Assembly (NCBI GenBank): GCA_023205875.1
Contig: CP060754.1
Location: 496,001 to 560,000 of the forward strand
Source: Chloropicon primus
Taxonomy: Eukaryota
Reading direction: 5' to 3'
Length of the DNA stretch: 64,000 nt
The notes below the pieces were generated by a model that was not told where the DNA came from, ran no database searches, and was given only the letters and a program-made list of their open reading frames with translations. Within the stretch, counting starts at the first letter, position 1; every line of letters starts with the position of its first letter. This document shows, piece after piece, positions 1-9,741 of the stretch. The translations under genes and the position numbers were made by a program.

Positions 1-114
1 ATCTGAGCTGAATTGGACCGAATAAATAATGAGCTGACGCGCTCAATCAACTCGAAACAATAACTATGTTACACTACGTTTTTCATCCGACCGAAAGATA
101 GCCTCCTCTCCTCC

Positions 115-526
115 TCAGTTCTTGAAAAAAGGCTTGAAGTTCCGGGCTACGTACGGCTTCAGCTGGTGTGTTTGTGCGGAAAGAGGCAAAGCGATAGCAG
201 ACAGACAAGGGTGGAAGCAGAGCCCGTAAAAAACGTCAGTTTTCTTTTCCCACTCCGTGTCCGCCAAATTCCACGAAGGAGCCTAGAAACCTTCTCTTTC
301 GTCTTACCTCAAAGCTATTTAGGTCTGGCACGATGTACCTCGGTATCTTGTGCGCGAGTATCGTGTAACCCCCATACTTTGTGTGCTTTCCCACGGACTT
401 GACGCCCTTCCCTTTGACGTAGCCTTTCTTCGCCCGCTTCGCGTCCAGAGTTTTCCACCCTTTTCGAGGGACGATCCTCCTTCCCCTCGCGAACGCATTC
501 AGGATTCCACTCACCACACCACTCAT
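115..526 (-). CDS. MRPL41: Mitochondrial ribosomal protein mL41 (MRP-L27 family), 2 exons
   Basis: Exons 526-308 and 162-115, GT-AG intron 307-163. Product MSGVVSG...AKRAKKGYVKGKGVKSVGKHTKYGGY...PRYIVPDLNSFE|LKPYVA carries the family motifs KGKG..G.HT..GGY and YVVPDL..F.LKPYV. Confidence 0.88.
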
Positions 527-706
527 AGTCCCTCCCTCCCTCCCTCTCTCCCACAACCCAACGCCAACACGCGCCCGCCCGCCAACCTTCTTCTTCGTCG
601 TCCTCCTCTCCTCCCCCAGTCCGGTTCGTGGTGGCAGCTCCGTCTCTCTCTCTCTCCAAGCGCAGCAGCACGAACGCGAACCTGGCTTGGGTCGAGAGGG
701 ACGGGG

Positions 707-1369
707 ATGTCGAGCGCGCCAGAGTACGCGCTGCCGCAGAGGCAGAACGTGAGGCGGCGGCGGCGGCGGCTGGAAGATCCAGGGCCTCGCAAGAGGAACC
801 TTGAAGAGGCGGAGCTTGAAGGCGGAGGGGAGGGGGCCGAGGAGGCTGTGGGGTTGGCGGCCAAGTCTGCGAAGGGCGAGGACTCCGCCAGTGGCCAGGG
901 CGAGAGCGCCCTCCCAGAGCACAAGAGTCAAGCGGTCAGTGGCCAGAAGTTCGAGTACCTGGATCACACCGCGGACGTGCAGTGCCATGCGTGGGGCGTC
1001 GACCTCAAGGAGGCCTTCGCGAACGCTGGGCTTGCAATGTACAACTATATGACTCCGATAAGTGGGATCGAGGTGGACGCGTCCCTGGCGAGGAAGTTCG
1101 AAGCCCAGGGGCACGACATGGAGTCCCTCCTCTTCAACTTCATGGACGAGCTGCTCTTCGACTTCCACACGGAGTTCTTCGTTTGCAAGCGGCTCGAGGT
1201 GACCAGACTGGACAGGCAGAACTGGTGCATTGAGGCCAGGGGGGAGGGTGGCAAGTTCAGCAGGGAGAAGCACGAGTGCGGTACGGAGGTCAAAGCGATC
1301 ACTTACAGCGCGATGCAGATCCTGGAGGGCCCCGAGGAAGCGGAAGTGTTCGTCATCGTCGACATATGA
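707..1369 (+). CDS. Archease (RtcB ligase cofactor) with N-terminal extension
   Basis: FEYLDHTADVQ.HAWG...EAF and GTEVKAITYSAMQI...VIVDI are archease signature motifs. First in-frame ATG is at 707; TGTAA at 1441. Confidence 0.92.
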   Translation: MSSAPEYALPQRQNVRRRRRRLEDPGPRKRNLEEAELEGGGEGAEEAVGLAAKSAKGEDSASGQGESALPEHKSQAVSGQKFEYLDHTADVQCHAWGVDLKEAFANAGLAMYNYMTPISGIEVDASLARKFEAQGHDMESLLFNFMDELLFDFHTEFFVCKRLEVTRLDRQNWCIEARGEGGKFSREKHECGTEVKAITYSAMQILEGPEEAEVFVIVDI

Positions 1370-1535
1370 GGAGGAAGAGCAGGAGGAGGAGCTTGGGGGC
1401 TTGTACCAAAGGCGAGTAGTCGCAGCGGAGGGCACTGCACTGTAACTCACCTTAATCTGTTGACACTTATCAGTACTGAGACGACTTATATAAAATAAAA
1501 ACCGATTCTTTTTTGCGACCTTTTTCAGAGTGCGA

Positions 1536-2063
1536 CTACGGTTGGAGCTCGCGCCTCACGCGCTCGACCAGCTCTGAGACGGGCCTCGTCGCGTCCAGAC
1601 GGATGCAGTTCTCCGCCTCCGGCGGCTCCAGCGTCTCGATCTGACTCTCCAGGAGGGAAGGGGGCATGAAGTGGGAGCGCTCTCTCATGCGACGGGCGAG
1701 AGTCGCCTCGTCGCACGCCAGGTGGACCCACCTCAGCTCGCCCCGGGAGAACCCCCTCTCGATCTCTTTCCGATACGAGTCCTTCAACGCCGAGCACGCC
1801 AGCACCACCACTCTCTTCCCCCCACCCCCCGGTTCCGTCATGGAGTGCAACTGGGCGTTGATGTCTCGCAGCCAGGGAAGCCGGTCCTCGTCCGTCAACG
1901 GAGTGCCGGAGGACATCTTGCCCAGGTTCTCCGCGCCGTGGAAGTCGTCCCCTTCTAGCCTTGCCGCGCCGAAGGCTTCCTCCAGCCCTCGGCACAGGGT
2001 CGTCTTCCCGCTTCCCGAGACCCCCATCACTACGACGATCGCCGGACGACTCTTGTCCCTCAT
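1536..2063 (-). CDS. Gluconokinase (GntK/IdnK type)
   Basis: VVMGVSGSGKTT P-loop, EGDDFH, KMSSGTPLTDEDRLPWL, LACSALK.SYR, HFMPPSLLESQ..TLEPP. First in-frame ATG is at 2063. Confidence 0.93.
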   Translation of the reverse strand: MRDKSRPAIVVVMGVSGSGKTTLCRGLEEAFGAARLEGDDFHGAENLGKMSSGTPLTDEDRLPWLRDINAQLHSMTEPGGGGKRVVVLACSALKDSYRKEIERGFSRGELRWVHLACDEATLARRMRERSHFMPPSLLESQIETLEPPEAENCIRLDATRPVSELVERVRRELQP

Positions 2064-2065
2064 CC

Positions 2066-2129
<64 letters not shown>

Positions 2130-2177
2130 GTCATCATCATCATCATCATCATCATCAACAACAACAACAACAACAAC
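2066..2177. repeat. (TCA)n microsatellite, about 30 units with one TCG interruption, followed by (ACA)n
   Basis: Directly visible tandem trinucleotide repeats immediately upstream of the gluconokinase ATG. Confidence 0.98.
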
Positions 2178-2578
2178 GAGGAGCGGGATCCGCAGGCTTT
2201 GGCAGAAAGAGAACCAAGCGAGATCTCGGAAGCGGTGTTGATCCAAGCAAGTGGCTTCCTCCCCCCACCCCACCCCCAGTTTTTGGTGGTGGAGATCAGG
2301 CCCCCCAAACCAATCCGCCCAGCAGCACGGGTTTGGCTCCAACCGTCCTCCCCCGTCCGATTAGAAAGAAAAGTCCTCACCGGGTGTACATTTTTAATTA
2401 CATCAAAGTTGGACTTTATTCCCTCTAAGTCGCGTTTCCTACTCTTTTGTCCTGAAGACATTTCAGCCGCCTTCCGCCGCCGGAGCTCGGAAGAGAGAGG
2501 GTCATCGGGAGAGAGAAGAGCGAGAGAGAGGAGCGAGAGTGGAGTCGACGCTACACTAACAACGGAAGTATAAGAAAG

Positions 2579-3429
2579 ATGGCACGCACCGGAGTATGGA
2601 AGAAGAAGGGTAAGTCAGGGAACGGATCGGTGCGAGGGCGAGGACGGGGGTCGGACCCTCCCCGCGGCGACTCGTGTTTTGGGGGCGGGGCCTCTTCCCC
2701 TCTTCACGCTTGTTCACGTCGTGGTGTCCCACGCTTGACGCTCCGACGAAGAGAGGATTGAAGAGAGGATGTATTCTGACTCCGTCGGTCTTCTGACTCC
2801 TTGGGTGTCCCCTCGTCGTCCCTCTTTCGTTTTGTGCGGTCCGTTCTGCGCGCGCGTACACAGGAAGCGCCTTTGAGAAGGTTTTGGCTGTAGAGAAGAA
2901 GTCCAAGGGAAAGAGCCCAAGGTTCTACGCCCCTGAGGACGCCAAGAAGCCTCTCGCCAAGAAGGCCAACAGCAACAAGACCAAGCTCAGGTCCTCCATC
3001 ACCCCGGGAACCGTCCTGATCTTGCTCGCTGGTCACTTCAAGGGCAAGAGAGTCATCTTCTTGAAGCAGCTCGAATCCGGCTTGCTCTTGGTCACGGGTC
3101 CATACGGAGTGAACGGGGTCCCAATGAGGCGTGTCAACCAGGTCTACGTCATTGCCACCGAGACCAAGATCGACATCTCGAGCGTGAACGTCTCCAAGTA
3201 CGACGATAGCTACTTCAAGGGTGCCAAGAAGGAGAAGAAGTCTGGAGACTCTGGAGTCTTCAAGGAGCAGGCCGCCAAGAAGGAGCTCTCTGCTGACTAC
3301 CTTGCCAACCAGAAGGCCATGGACGCCGCCCTCACCCCAATCATTAAGAAGACTGCTGACCTCGAGGCTTACTTGAAGGCCCACTTTTCCCTCAAGGACG
3401 GGGACAGGCCACACCTCATGAAGTTCTAA
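2579..3429 (+). CDS. RPL6: 60S ribosomal protein eL6, 2 exons
   Basis: Exons 2579-2609 and 2864-3429 (GTAAGT...CAG, phase 1 joins in frame). KLRSSITPGTVLILLAGHFKGKRVIFLKQLESGLLLVTGPY.VNGVP.RRVNQ.YVIAT; C-terminal PHLMKF. Confidence 0.96.
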
Positions 3430-3474
3430 GAAACCTCGTCGAGCTGGCGCTTGATGACATAGTCGAAAAAATAA

Positions 3475-3486
3475 TTGTAATTACAA
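3475..3486. terminator. Palindromic bidirectional poly(A) signal TTGTAATTACAA between convergent RPL6 and MCM8
   Basis: TGTAA on + at 3476-3480 and on - at 3481-3485. UGUAA is the established chlorophyte near-upstream poly(A) element. Confidence 0.7.
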
Positions 3487-3506
3487 AAAACCCATATCTT
3501 TATACA

Positions 3507-5846
3507 TCACGCTAAGGCGTACATCCCGTTGCCCTTCTTCAGGAGCTCCCCGGCCAGGTTGAGCTCCTCCACCAGGGTGACGATGTCTTCCACCTGGAGG
3601 TGTATGTCGTCGGCAATGGCGTAGATCTCCTGGACGGAGAAAATTTTCCTGCCCTGCGCCCGGGCCATCTTGGCAAGCGTGGTCAGAAAGCGCTTGGCCT
3701 CCGCGTGCTTCCCCTTCTTCCTGCCCTTCACCTTGATGGAGCCGTACTCGTCGATCACCGTGCTGTACAGGGACTCCTTCATGATGACCACTACGTCCTC
3801 GGCGTCCTCTTTTGTGACCAGCTCCCGCATGTCTACCCTCGCCCTGGCCTCCGCGAGCCTAATCATGCTCTCCAGCTGCCTCACAGTGATCGGGATGCCC
3901 CCCACGCAATTCGCGTTTTGGCATCTGAGCTCCAAGTAGCACTGCTTGAGGATCGCCCTCGCCTCTTCCGAAAGCGCTGGCCTCACGTGCTGCCTCGCGT
4001 ACGATATGCATTTCTGAATCACTGCAAGAGGGACGGGCTTGACCTTAGATTCGGAGAGGGCTCGAAGGCCCTCCCGGAACCTTGATGACTCCGTTCTTCT
4101 GCCCCTTGATTGTGACCGCGGAGTCGACTGAGAGAGCTTGCTGACTGCTGGCCTGAAGGTCAGGGCAGACCTGTTCTCCTTGTTCCGGTTTCCCCAGCCG
4201 TGGAGCTGCATCACGTGCTCAGACAGGAGGCCATCCACTTCTTCGTCTGGTTGATCCAAAAGGAGAAAGATGAGGTCGAAGCGCGACAAAAGCGCAGGCG
4301 AAAGCTTGATGTTCTCGGACAGGCTGTTGGTGCAATCGTAATGACCCTTCTCTGGGTTTGCAGCGGCAACTATGGTTGTTCTGGCAGGCAAAGACGCAAC
4401 CAAACCCGCCTTGGCAACAGACACCTCTTGCTGCTCCATGACCTCAAGCAGGCTCTGGTACTCTGTATTCATTTTGTCGAATTCGTCGACGCAGCACACG
4501 CCCTGGTCCGCCATCACGACCGCCCCAGCCTCCAAGCAGAACTCCCCCGTGGCTCCATCTTTCCCTACGGAGGCCGTCAGCCCCGTGGAGGTGCTTATGT
4601 TTCCCGTCACGTACACTCCGTGATGGGCGGTCTTGCACACCGCCTGGAGCATTTGACTCTTTCCCATTCCCGGGTCACCGACCATGAGGACGTGGACGTC
4701 CCCCCTCAGGGGTACCTTGCCCTTGGTCGCCGTGTTCTTCCTGGTCCCACCAAACAGCGATAGAATCAAGCCAGCTTTGAGCATCTCATTGCCGTAGATG
4801 CCGGGGCAGATGGAGTACACAAAGAGAGCGAATATGTCCTCCTTGAATCTCGAATACAGCTTGGTCATCATCTCATAGTCTGCCAGCTCGTCCTCGCCCT
4901 GGCTACCATTGAGGGCGGCGCCTGGACCGTTCTTCCCGTGAGACTCCACTTCCACGGAGAGGGCCTTGATGTACAGCGATGACAGGCAGGAGCCCCTGAA
5001 CTTCTGCTTCGAGCCGCGGACGTCCTTCTCGTCGTTGCTCGACGTCGCGATCCCCGTGATCCTCACGACGTCCCCTGTAGAGCATGTGTCCACCAAGTTC
5101 TCGCAGAGCTCGCACTCCACTGTCCTGGGGATGTCACCGGCGTTGTCATGCGCCGATAAGCCTTGAATCTCCTGCACTTTGATGAACTGCCTGTCCATTG
5201 AGCTCGCCTCGCTGTAACTCGGTGCAAAGGTCCTGCTCCTGCAGCCGCTGCCCGTGCACGCCTTCGGGGGGCAGAACTTTCCGTCCTCGAATACTTGCTT
5301 GAGCACGCTGCCACACTTGCCGCACACGAAACTCATCCCCATCACTTTGGGCTGCACCGGCCCTGATCGCACAATGGAACCCACGACGGTGACTATCCTG
5401 CCAAGGTAAGACGCCTTCAGGTTTCTCACCTTGACTTGAGACTCCGGGTAGTTTCGAAAGTTCACGACGACCTTCTTCGGTTTCAGTCCCCGCAAGGCCT
5501 CCAGGCCCTTGGACGCTTCCGGCTTGACGGCGAACACGACCTCATAGGCAGAGCACCCGAGGCACGCGATCGCTTCGAGGGGCTGCATGTCGAGCGCGGC
5601 GAAGACGTCCGGTATCGGGCAGCTCGTCCTCAGCGCCTCGAAATCCATGCTCACAACCACTCGGTTGTCCAGCGTCAGAGCGAGCTCGTCCGCGAGGCAA
5701 CCCCAGCCACTCTCCGTCGAGAACCATCCTATGAGCTGCGAAATCAAAAGCACCCGCCTATCGTCGTTCGCGCACTCCTCGTCCCCGAAGTACACCGGCC
5801 AGGCTATCGGCACGTGCCCAAAGTCGAAGTCGTCGTCCTCCGCCAT
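3507..5846 (-). CDS. MCM8: DNA helicase MCM8
   Basis: N-terminal W.VYF, zinc motif CGKC..C....C, RGDVHVLMVGDPGMGKSQMLQA Walker A, VDEFDKM, SRFDL, ITVRQLESMIRL, C-terminal LN.AGELLKKG typical of MCM8. First ATG at 5846. Confidence 0.88.
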   Translation of the reverse strand: MAEDDDFDFGHVPIAWPVYFGDEECANDDRRVLLISQLIGWFSTESGWGCLADELALTLDNRVVVSMDFEALRTSCPIPDVFAALDMQPLEAIACLGCSAYEVVFAVKPEASKGLEALRGLKPKKVVVNFRNYPESQVKVRNLKASYLGRIVTVVGSIVRSGPVQPKVMGMSFVCGKCGSVLKQVFEDGKFCPPKACTGSGCRSRTFAPSYSEASSMDRQFIKVQEIQGLSAHDNAGDIPRTVECELCENLVDTCSTGDVVRITGIATSSNDEKDVRGSKQKFRGSCLSSLYIKALSVEVESHGKNGPGAALNGSQGEDELADYEMMTKLYSRFKEDIFALFVYSICPGIYGNEMLKAGLILSLFGGTRKNTATKGKVPLRGDVHVLMVGDPGMGKSQMLQAVCKTAHHGVYVTGNISTSTGLTASVGKDGATGEFCLEAGAVVMADQGVCCVDEFDKMNTEYQSLLEVMEQQEVSVAKAGLVASLPARTTIVAAANPEKGHYDCTNSLSENIKLSPALLSRFDLIFLLLDQPDEEVDGLLSEHVMQLHGWGNRNKENRSALTFRPAVSKLSQSTPRSQSRGRRTESSRFREGLRALSESKVKPVPLAVIQKCISYARQHVRPALSEEARAILKQCYLELRCQNANCVGGIPITVRQLESMIRLAEARARVDMRELVTKEDAEDVVVIMKESLYSTVIDEYGSIKVKGRKKGKHAEAKRFLTTLAKMARAQGRKIFSVQEIYAIADDIHLQVEDIVTLVEELNLAGELLKKGNGMYALA

Positions 5847-5902
5847 CCTCTTCGATGGATTGACAGATGGAGAAAAGGGCGCGGGAAATGGCCTGACGAC
5901 CA

Positions 5903-7426
5903 ATGAAGGGGAAGGGGAAGGGGAAGGGGACGAAGTCGTCCTTCTTGGGGGGGGCACGGGGCGGGGTGACGCCGGTGGCTGCGTGTGTGCTGGCCTTCGC
6001 GTTCGCGCTCAAGGTCCTCCTCTTTCCAGCGTACCGGAGCACGGACTTCGAGGTGCACAGGAACTGGCTGGCAGTGACCCATAGCCTCCCCTTGGCAGAG
6101 TGGTACGTTGATGAGACGTCGGAGTGGACGTTGGATTACCCGCCGCTCTTTGCCTGGTTCGAGTACCTTCTGTCCCTCGTCGCCGCCCTCGTGGACCCGG
6201 AGATGCTTGTGGTGTCGAACTTGTCGTACGCGAGCGAGGCCACCATAGCGTTCCAGAGGGCGAGCGTGATTGCCACGGAGTCGGTCCTGATCCTTGCGGC
6301 CTACCTGTTCTGCAGGCGAGCCAAGCGGGGTGCGTTTGGAGTCCTGGCCTTCCTCATCGCGCTCAACCCGGGCCTCCTGATCGTGGACCACATCCACTTC
6401 CAGTACAACGGATTGCTGTTGGGAATCTTCATGCTTTCCCTGGAGGCCTTGCAGAGGGAAAACGTGCTTCTCTCCGCCCTTCTGTTCTCGGTGCTTTTGA
6501 ACATGAAGCACCTCTTTGCGGTCGCGGGGCCGTACTTCTTTGTCTACATGCTGAGGCGGTACTGCTTCCTCCCTCGCGGGAAGTTTAGTTTTGGGAGGTT
6601 TCTCCTGCTGGGGTTGGTCGTCGCCAGCGTCTGCGGCCTCAGTCTCGGGCCTTTCGTCCTCAACGGGACGATTGGAAACCTTTTGGGGCGGCTCTTTCCC
6701 TTCGGCAGGGGGCTTTGCCACGCCTACTGGGCTCCAAACTTCTGGGCACTCTACAGCGCAGCGGACAAGGTGTTGGTGAAGCTCGCGAGGCTCGTGCCAG
6801 GCCTCGCTCTCGACGTGGAGGAAGGTAACCTCGCGGGGGGGCTCGTGGGGGTGGCCAAGTTCGGGGTGCTGCCACAGATCACGCCAACGACGACGCTGGT
6901 CCTGGTTGTCCTGTCCATGGCCCCCTGTCTGGTGAGAACGTGGAGGAACCCCAAGCCAGCAAACGTTCTCAGAGACGTTGCCTACGTCAACCTCTGCGGC
7001 TTCATGTTCGGGTACCACGTCCACGAGAAGGCCGTGCTCCACTTCATCATACCCATGGCGTTCAGCGCCGTCCTGTCAAAGTCCCTCGCCTCGGATTATG
7101 CCAGGACTTCGTGGCCGGCTTACATCTCCCTGTTGCCGCTGCTGTTCCGGCCCGAAGAACAGCTTTTGAAACAACTCGTGGTGGCCTTCCATTGTATCAT
7201 TGTCACGTCTCTGTCCCAGTCCAGAGGGCGCAGACGGACCGGGAAGGGCAGCCGCGCCTCCGCGTTGTACGTCCCCAGCCTCGTGGGGCTCCAGGTCTAC
7301 ACGAACTTTCATCAAGTCATCTTTGGGTCGAAGTACGCCTTCCTCCCCCTGCTCCTGATGTCGGTGTCTTCCTCCCTGGGGCTCTTCCACCTCTTTTGCA
7401 GGCAGTTCTGGACCTATGTTGTGTAA
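5903..7426 (+). CDS. ALG8: Dolichyl-PP-Glc1Man9GlcNAc2 alpha-1,3-glucosyltransferase
   Basis: YRSTDFEVHRNWLAVTHSLP..EWY...TSEWTLDYPPLFAWFE, DHIHFQYNG, RLFPFGRGLCHAYWAPNFWA, FGYHVHEKA. Confidence 0.96.
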   Translation: MKGKGKGKGTKSSFLGGARGGVTPVAACVLAFAFALKVLLFPAYRSTDFEVHRNWLAVTHSLPLAEWYVDETSEWTLDYPPLFAWFEYLLSLVAALVDPEMLVVSNLSYASEATIAFQRASVIATESVLILAAYLFCRRAKRGAFGVLAFLIALNPGLLIVDHIHFQYNGLLLGIFMLSLEALQRENVLLSALLFSVLLNMKHLFAVAGPYFFVYMLRRYCFLPRGKFSFGRFLLLGLVVASVCGLSLGPFVLNGTIGNLLGRLFPFGRGLCHAYWAPNFWALYSAADKVLVKLARLVPGLALDVEEGNLAGGLVGVAKFGVLPQITPTTTLVLVVLSMAPCLVRTWRNPKPANVLRDVAYVNLCGFMFGYHVHEKAVLHFIIPMAFSAVLSKSLASDYARTSWPAYISLLPLLFRPEEQLLKQLVVAFHCIIVTSLSQSRGRRRTGKGSRASALYVPSLVGLQVYTNFHQVIFGSKYAFLPLLLMSVSSSLGLFHLFCRQFWTYVV

Positions 7427-7761
7427 CGTAATAACGAAGAAGGGAGTGTCCCACTCATCGACCTGCCTGCCCTCGTTCACCTGTGTCGTTGTATGTATAA
7501 TTTTTTGCCATTCCAGCCTCGCGCTCCTCTCAATTGCCGTGCCTTTGGTCTCGGGCGCTCCTTTGGCACCCCGAATGCAGGACCGGAAAAAAGTGTGGTT
7601 GGAGCGCCATCACGTCTGAGGCCCCTCCTTCCCTGGCGATTTCCAGACACCAAGCCTTGCGCTCGCTCGGCCGAGCCTGATTTTGTAGGAATCAAATCTG
7701 GCCGTCCATCGCGGAGAGGACGAGGGAGGAGGAGAGCGCAGACAAGGGAGGGCGAGACAGG

Positions 7762-9270
7762 ATGGGTACGATGGGTATGGACTTGAAGCTCGCGGCGGAG
7801 ATCGTTCTGGGTCTAGTCCTCTTTCTGGCGGTCCTGTCGGCGAAGGGGATCGTGGCGCTGGTTCGTCGGAAGTTGATGTTGAGGAAGGTGCCCAGTGCCC
7901 CGGAGTCCGTGCCCCTCCTTGGACACGCCCTGACGCTCATGAACAACGTGCCTTGGGACAAGTTCTGCGAGTGGAAGTCCAGGTGCGGCCCCGTGGTGAG
8001 GGTGAGCATTATGCACAAGGACCTCGTGCTGGTAGACGACCCGGCTCTTCTCAAGCACGTCTTTCAGTCCAAGTCTCAGCGCTACTGCAAGGACGTCGAC
8101 TTCTCTTACTACCCGTTCATGTGCCTCCTCGGGACGGGGCTTGTGACCGCGGAGGGAAAGCTGTGGCGGAGGCAGCGCTCCATGGTCAGCGTCCACTTCC
8201 GCGTCGAGATCTTGGACGAGATCGTTGGGATCTCTATGAAGGGCGCTATGCGGCTGGCGAAGAAGCTCGACGGGTTCAAGGGCACCGGGAAGCCCGTGGC
8301 TCTGGCGGAGGAGTTCCGCCACCTGACGCTCCAGGTGATTGGGGAGGCCATATTGAGCATGCCCCACGAGGAGGCCGACAGGGTCTTCCCTTTGCTCTAC
8401 CTGCCCATCATGGAAGAAGCGAACAAGCGATCCTTGAGGCCTTGGAGGGAGTACATCCCCAACAGAGAGTGGTTCGGCCACAAGAGGAGGATTGCGCAGC
8501 TCGACGCCTACATCAAGGACCTCCTTCGCGACCGCTGGTCGAGGAGGTATGGTGACGCCAACGGCGCGGAAGCCCCGGTGCAGAGCAAGATCCCGGCGGG
8601 GGATATCATCGACAAGATTATGGACGACGTGCAGAAGTACCAGGGAACCTTCAACAGCCAGGTAGAGGAGCAGCTGTGCTACGAGATCAAGACCTTCATG
8701 CTTGCGGGCCACGAGACGTCCGCGGCGATGCTGTCGTGGGCGCTGTACGAGCTCACGCAGAACCCCGAGTGCATGGAGAAAGTCAGGGCGGAGGCGCTGG
8801 CTGCCTTTCCGGAGGACGGGAGCATGCCGACCAAGGACGCGATGTCGGGCATGGACTACACGTATGCCGTTCTCAAGGAGGCGCTGAGGAAGTACAGCAT
8901 CGTCCCCGTCGTCACGAGAATCAACAAGGAGGACGACGTTCTGGGAGACTACATGATTCCAAAGGGCACGACGATAGGTCTGCTCCTGCAGAGCGTTCAC
9001 CACAGGGAGGACATCTGGCCCGATCCAAACGAGTTCAGGCCTGAGAGGTTCATGGGATCGAAGGAGGTGGCGCCTTACACCTTCTTGCCCTTCATCGATG
9101 GCCCGAGGAACTGCCTTGGCCAGCACCTGGCCCTTCTGGAGGGGAGAGTCATCCTCGCCTACCTCGTCAAGACTTTCAAGTTCACGCCCTTCACGGACAA
9201 GGAAGGGGAGAAGGCCGCCCTGGTGGTGCCGATTGCGCCGCTCACTCACATGAGGATGCTCGTAGAATAG
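7762..9270 (+). CDS. Cytochrome P450 (family not assigned)
   Basis: N-terminal membrane anchor, AGHETS I-helix, EALR (ExxR), PERF, heme motif PFIDGPRNCLG. Confidence 0.95.
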   Translation: MGTMGMDLKLAAEIVLGLVLFLAVLSAKGIVALVRRKLMLRKVPSAPESVPLLGHALTLMNNVPWDKFCEWKSRCGPVVRVSIMHKDLVLVDDPALLKHVFQSKSQRYCKDVDFSYYPFMCLLGTGLVTAEGKLWRRQRSMVSVHFRVEILDEIVGISMKGAMRLAKKLDGFKGTGKPVALAEEFRHLTLQVIGEAILSMPHEEADRVFPLLYLPIMEEANKRSLRPWREYIPNREWFGHKRRIAQLDAYIKDLLRDRWSRRYGDANGAEAPVQSKIPAGDIIDKIMDDVQKYQGTFNSQVEEQLCYEIKTFMLAGHETSAAMLSWALYELTQNPECMEKVRAEALAAFPEDGSMPTKDAMSGMDYTYAVLKEALRKYSIVPVVTRINKEDDVLGDYMIPKGTTIGLLLQSVHHREDIWPDPNEFRPERFMGSKEVAPYTFLPFIDGPRNCLGQHLALLEGRVILAYLVKTFKFTPFTDKEGEKAALVVPIAPLTHMRMLVE

Positions 9271-9465
9271 TCACGATCAGACCTCCAACGTTGTACCACT
9301 ACACACACACACACACACACAGTTTTCCTGCGGAAGGAGACAAGTTTTTTTTGGAAGCTCCCCTTCGAACGGATTGGATTCATAATAATAAACACAGAGA
9401 TAAAGCACTGGTATTTCAAGGTGCAAGTACGTTAAGCCTTCTGTCCGCTCCGCACCCAGTCCTGC

Positions 9466-9651
9466 TCAGTCGTCCATTCCCTTCATGCCCTGCTGCTGAC
9501 TCCCCACTGTCTCGCGCGGTCGGCTCCCTTTCTCAAAGTACTTGTCCAGGGGCTCCTTCCACAAGTAATAACCGGACACCACACCAAGCCCCGCCGCGAA
9601 CATGATCTGGCTCCACCTGTTCCGGCTCCCGAAAGGTATGAAGTTCGACAT
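9466..9651 (-). CDS. 61-aa single-TM microprotein, PIGBOS1-like
   Basis: MSNFIPFGSRNRWSQIMFAAGLGVVSGYYLWKEPLDKYFEKG...; ATG at 9651 follows a GA-rich leader like those of other genes here. The pattern resembles the PIGBOS1 transmembrane segment as I recall it. Confidence 0.6.
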   Translation of the reverse strand: MSNFIPFGSRNRWSQIMFAAGLGVVSGYYLWKEPLDKYFEKGSRPRETVGSQQQGMKGMDD

Positions 9652-9741
9652 CTCACCCCCCCTCTCTCTCTCTCTCCTGAAAAAGAGCCCAAAGTGGATA
9701 GCTCCGTCCGTGACTCTCTCTCTTTGGGACTCGTGACGTCG

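Noticed and set aside
1961..2428. Poly-His, poly-Ser and poly-Asp ORFs
   Set aside because: These are translations of the TCA microsatellite, not independent genes.
2610..2863. Possible C/D snoRNA in the RPL6 intron (TGAAGA ... CTGA, CTGA)
   Set aside because: No canonical RTGATGA box, spacing too short, and CTGAC also fits a branch point.
7554..7652. Two adjacent hairpins ending in ACA upstream of the P450
   Set aside because: The hinge lacks an ANANNA box, and stems this short are common at this GC content.
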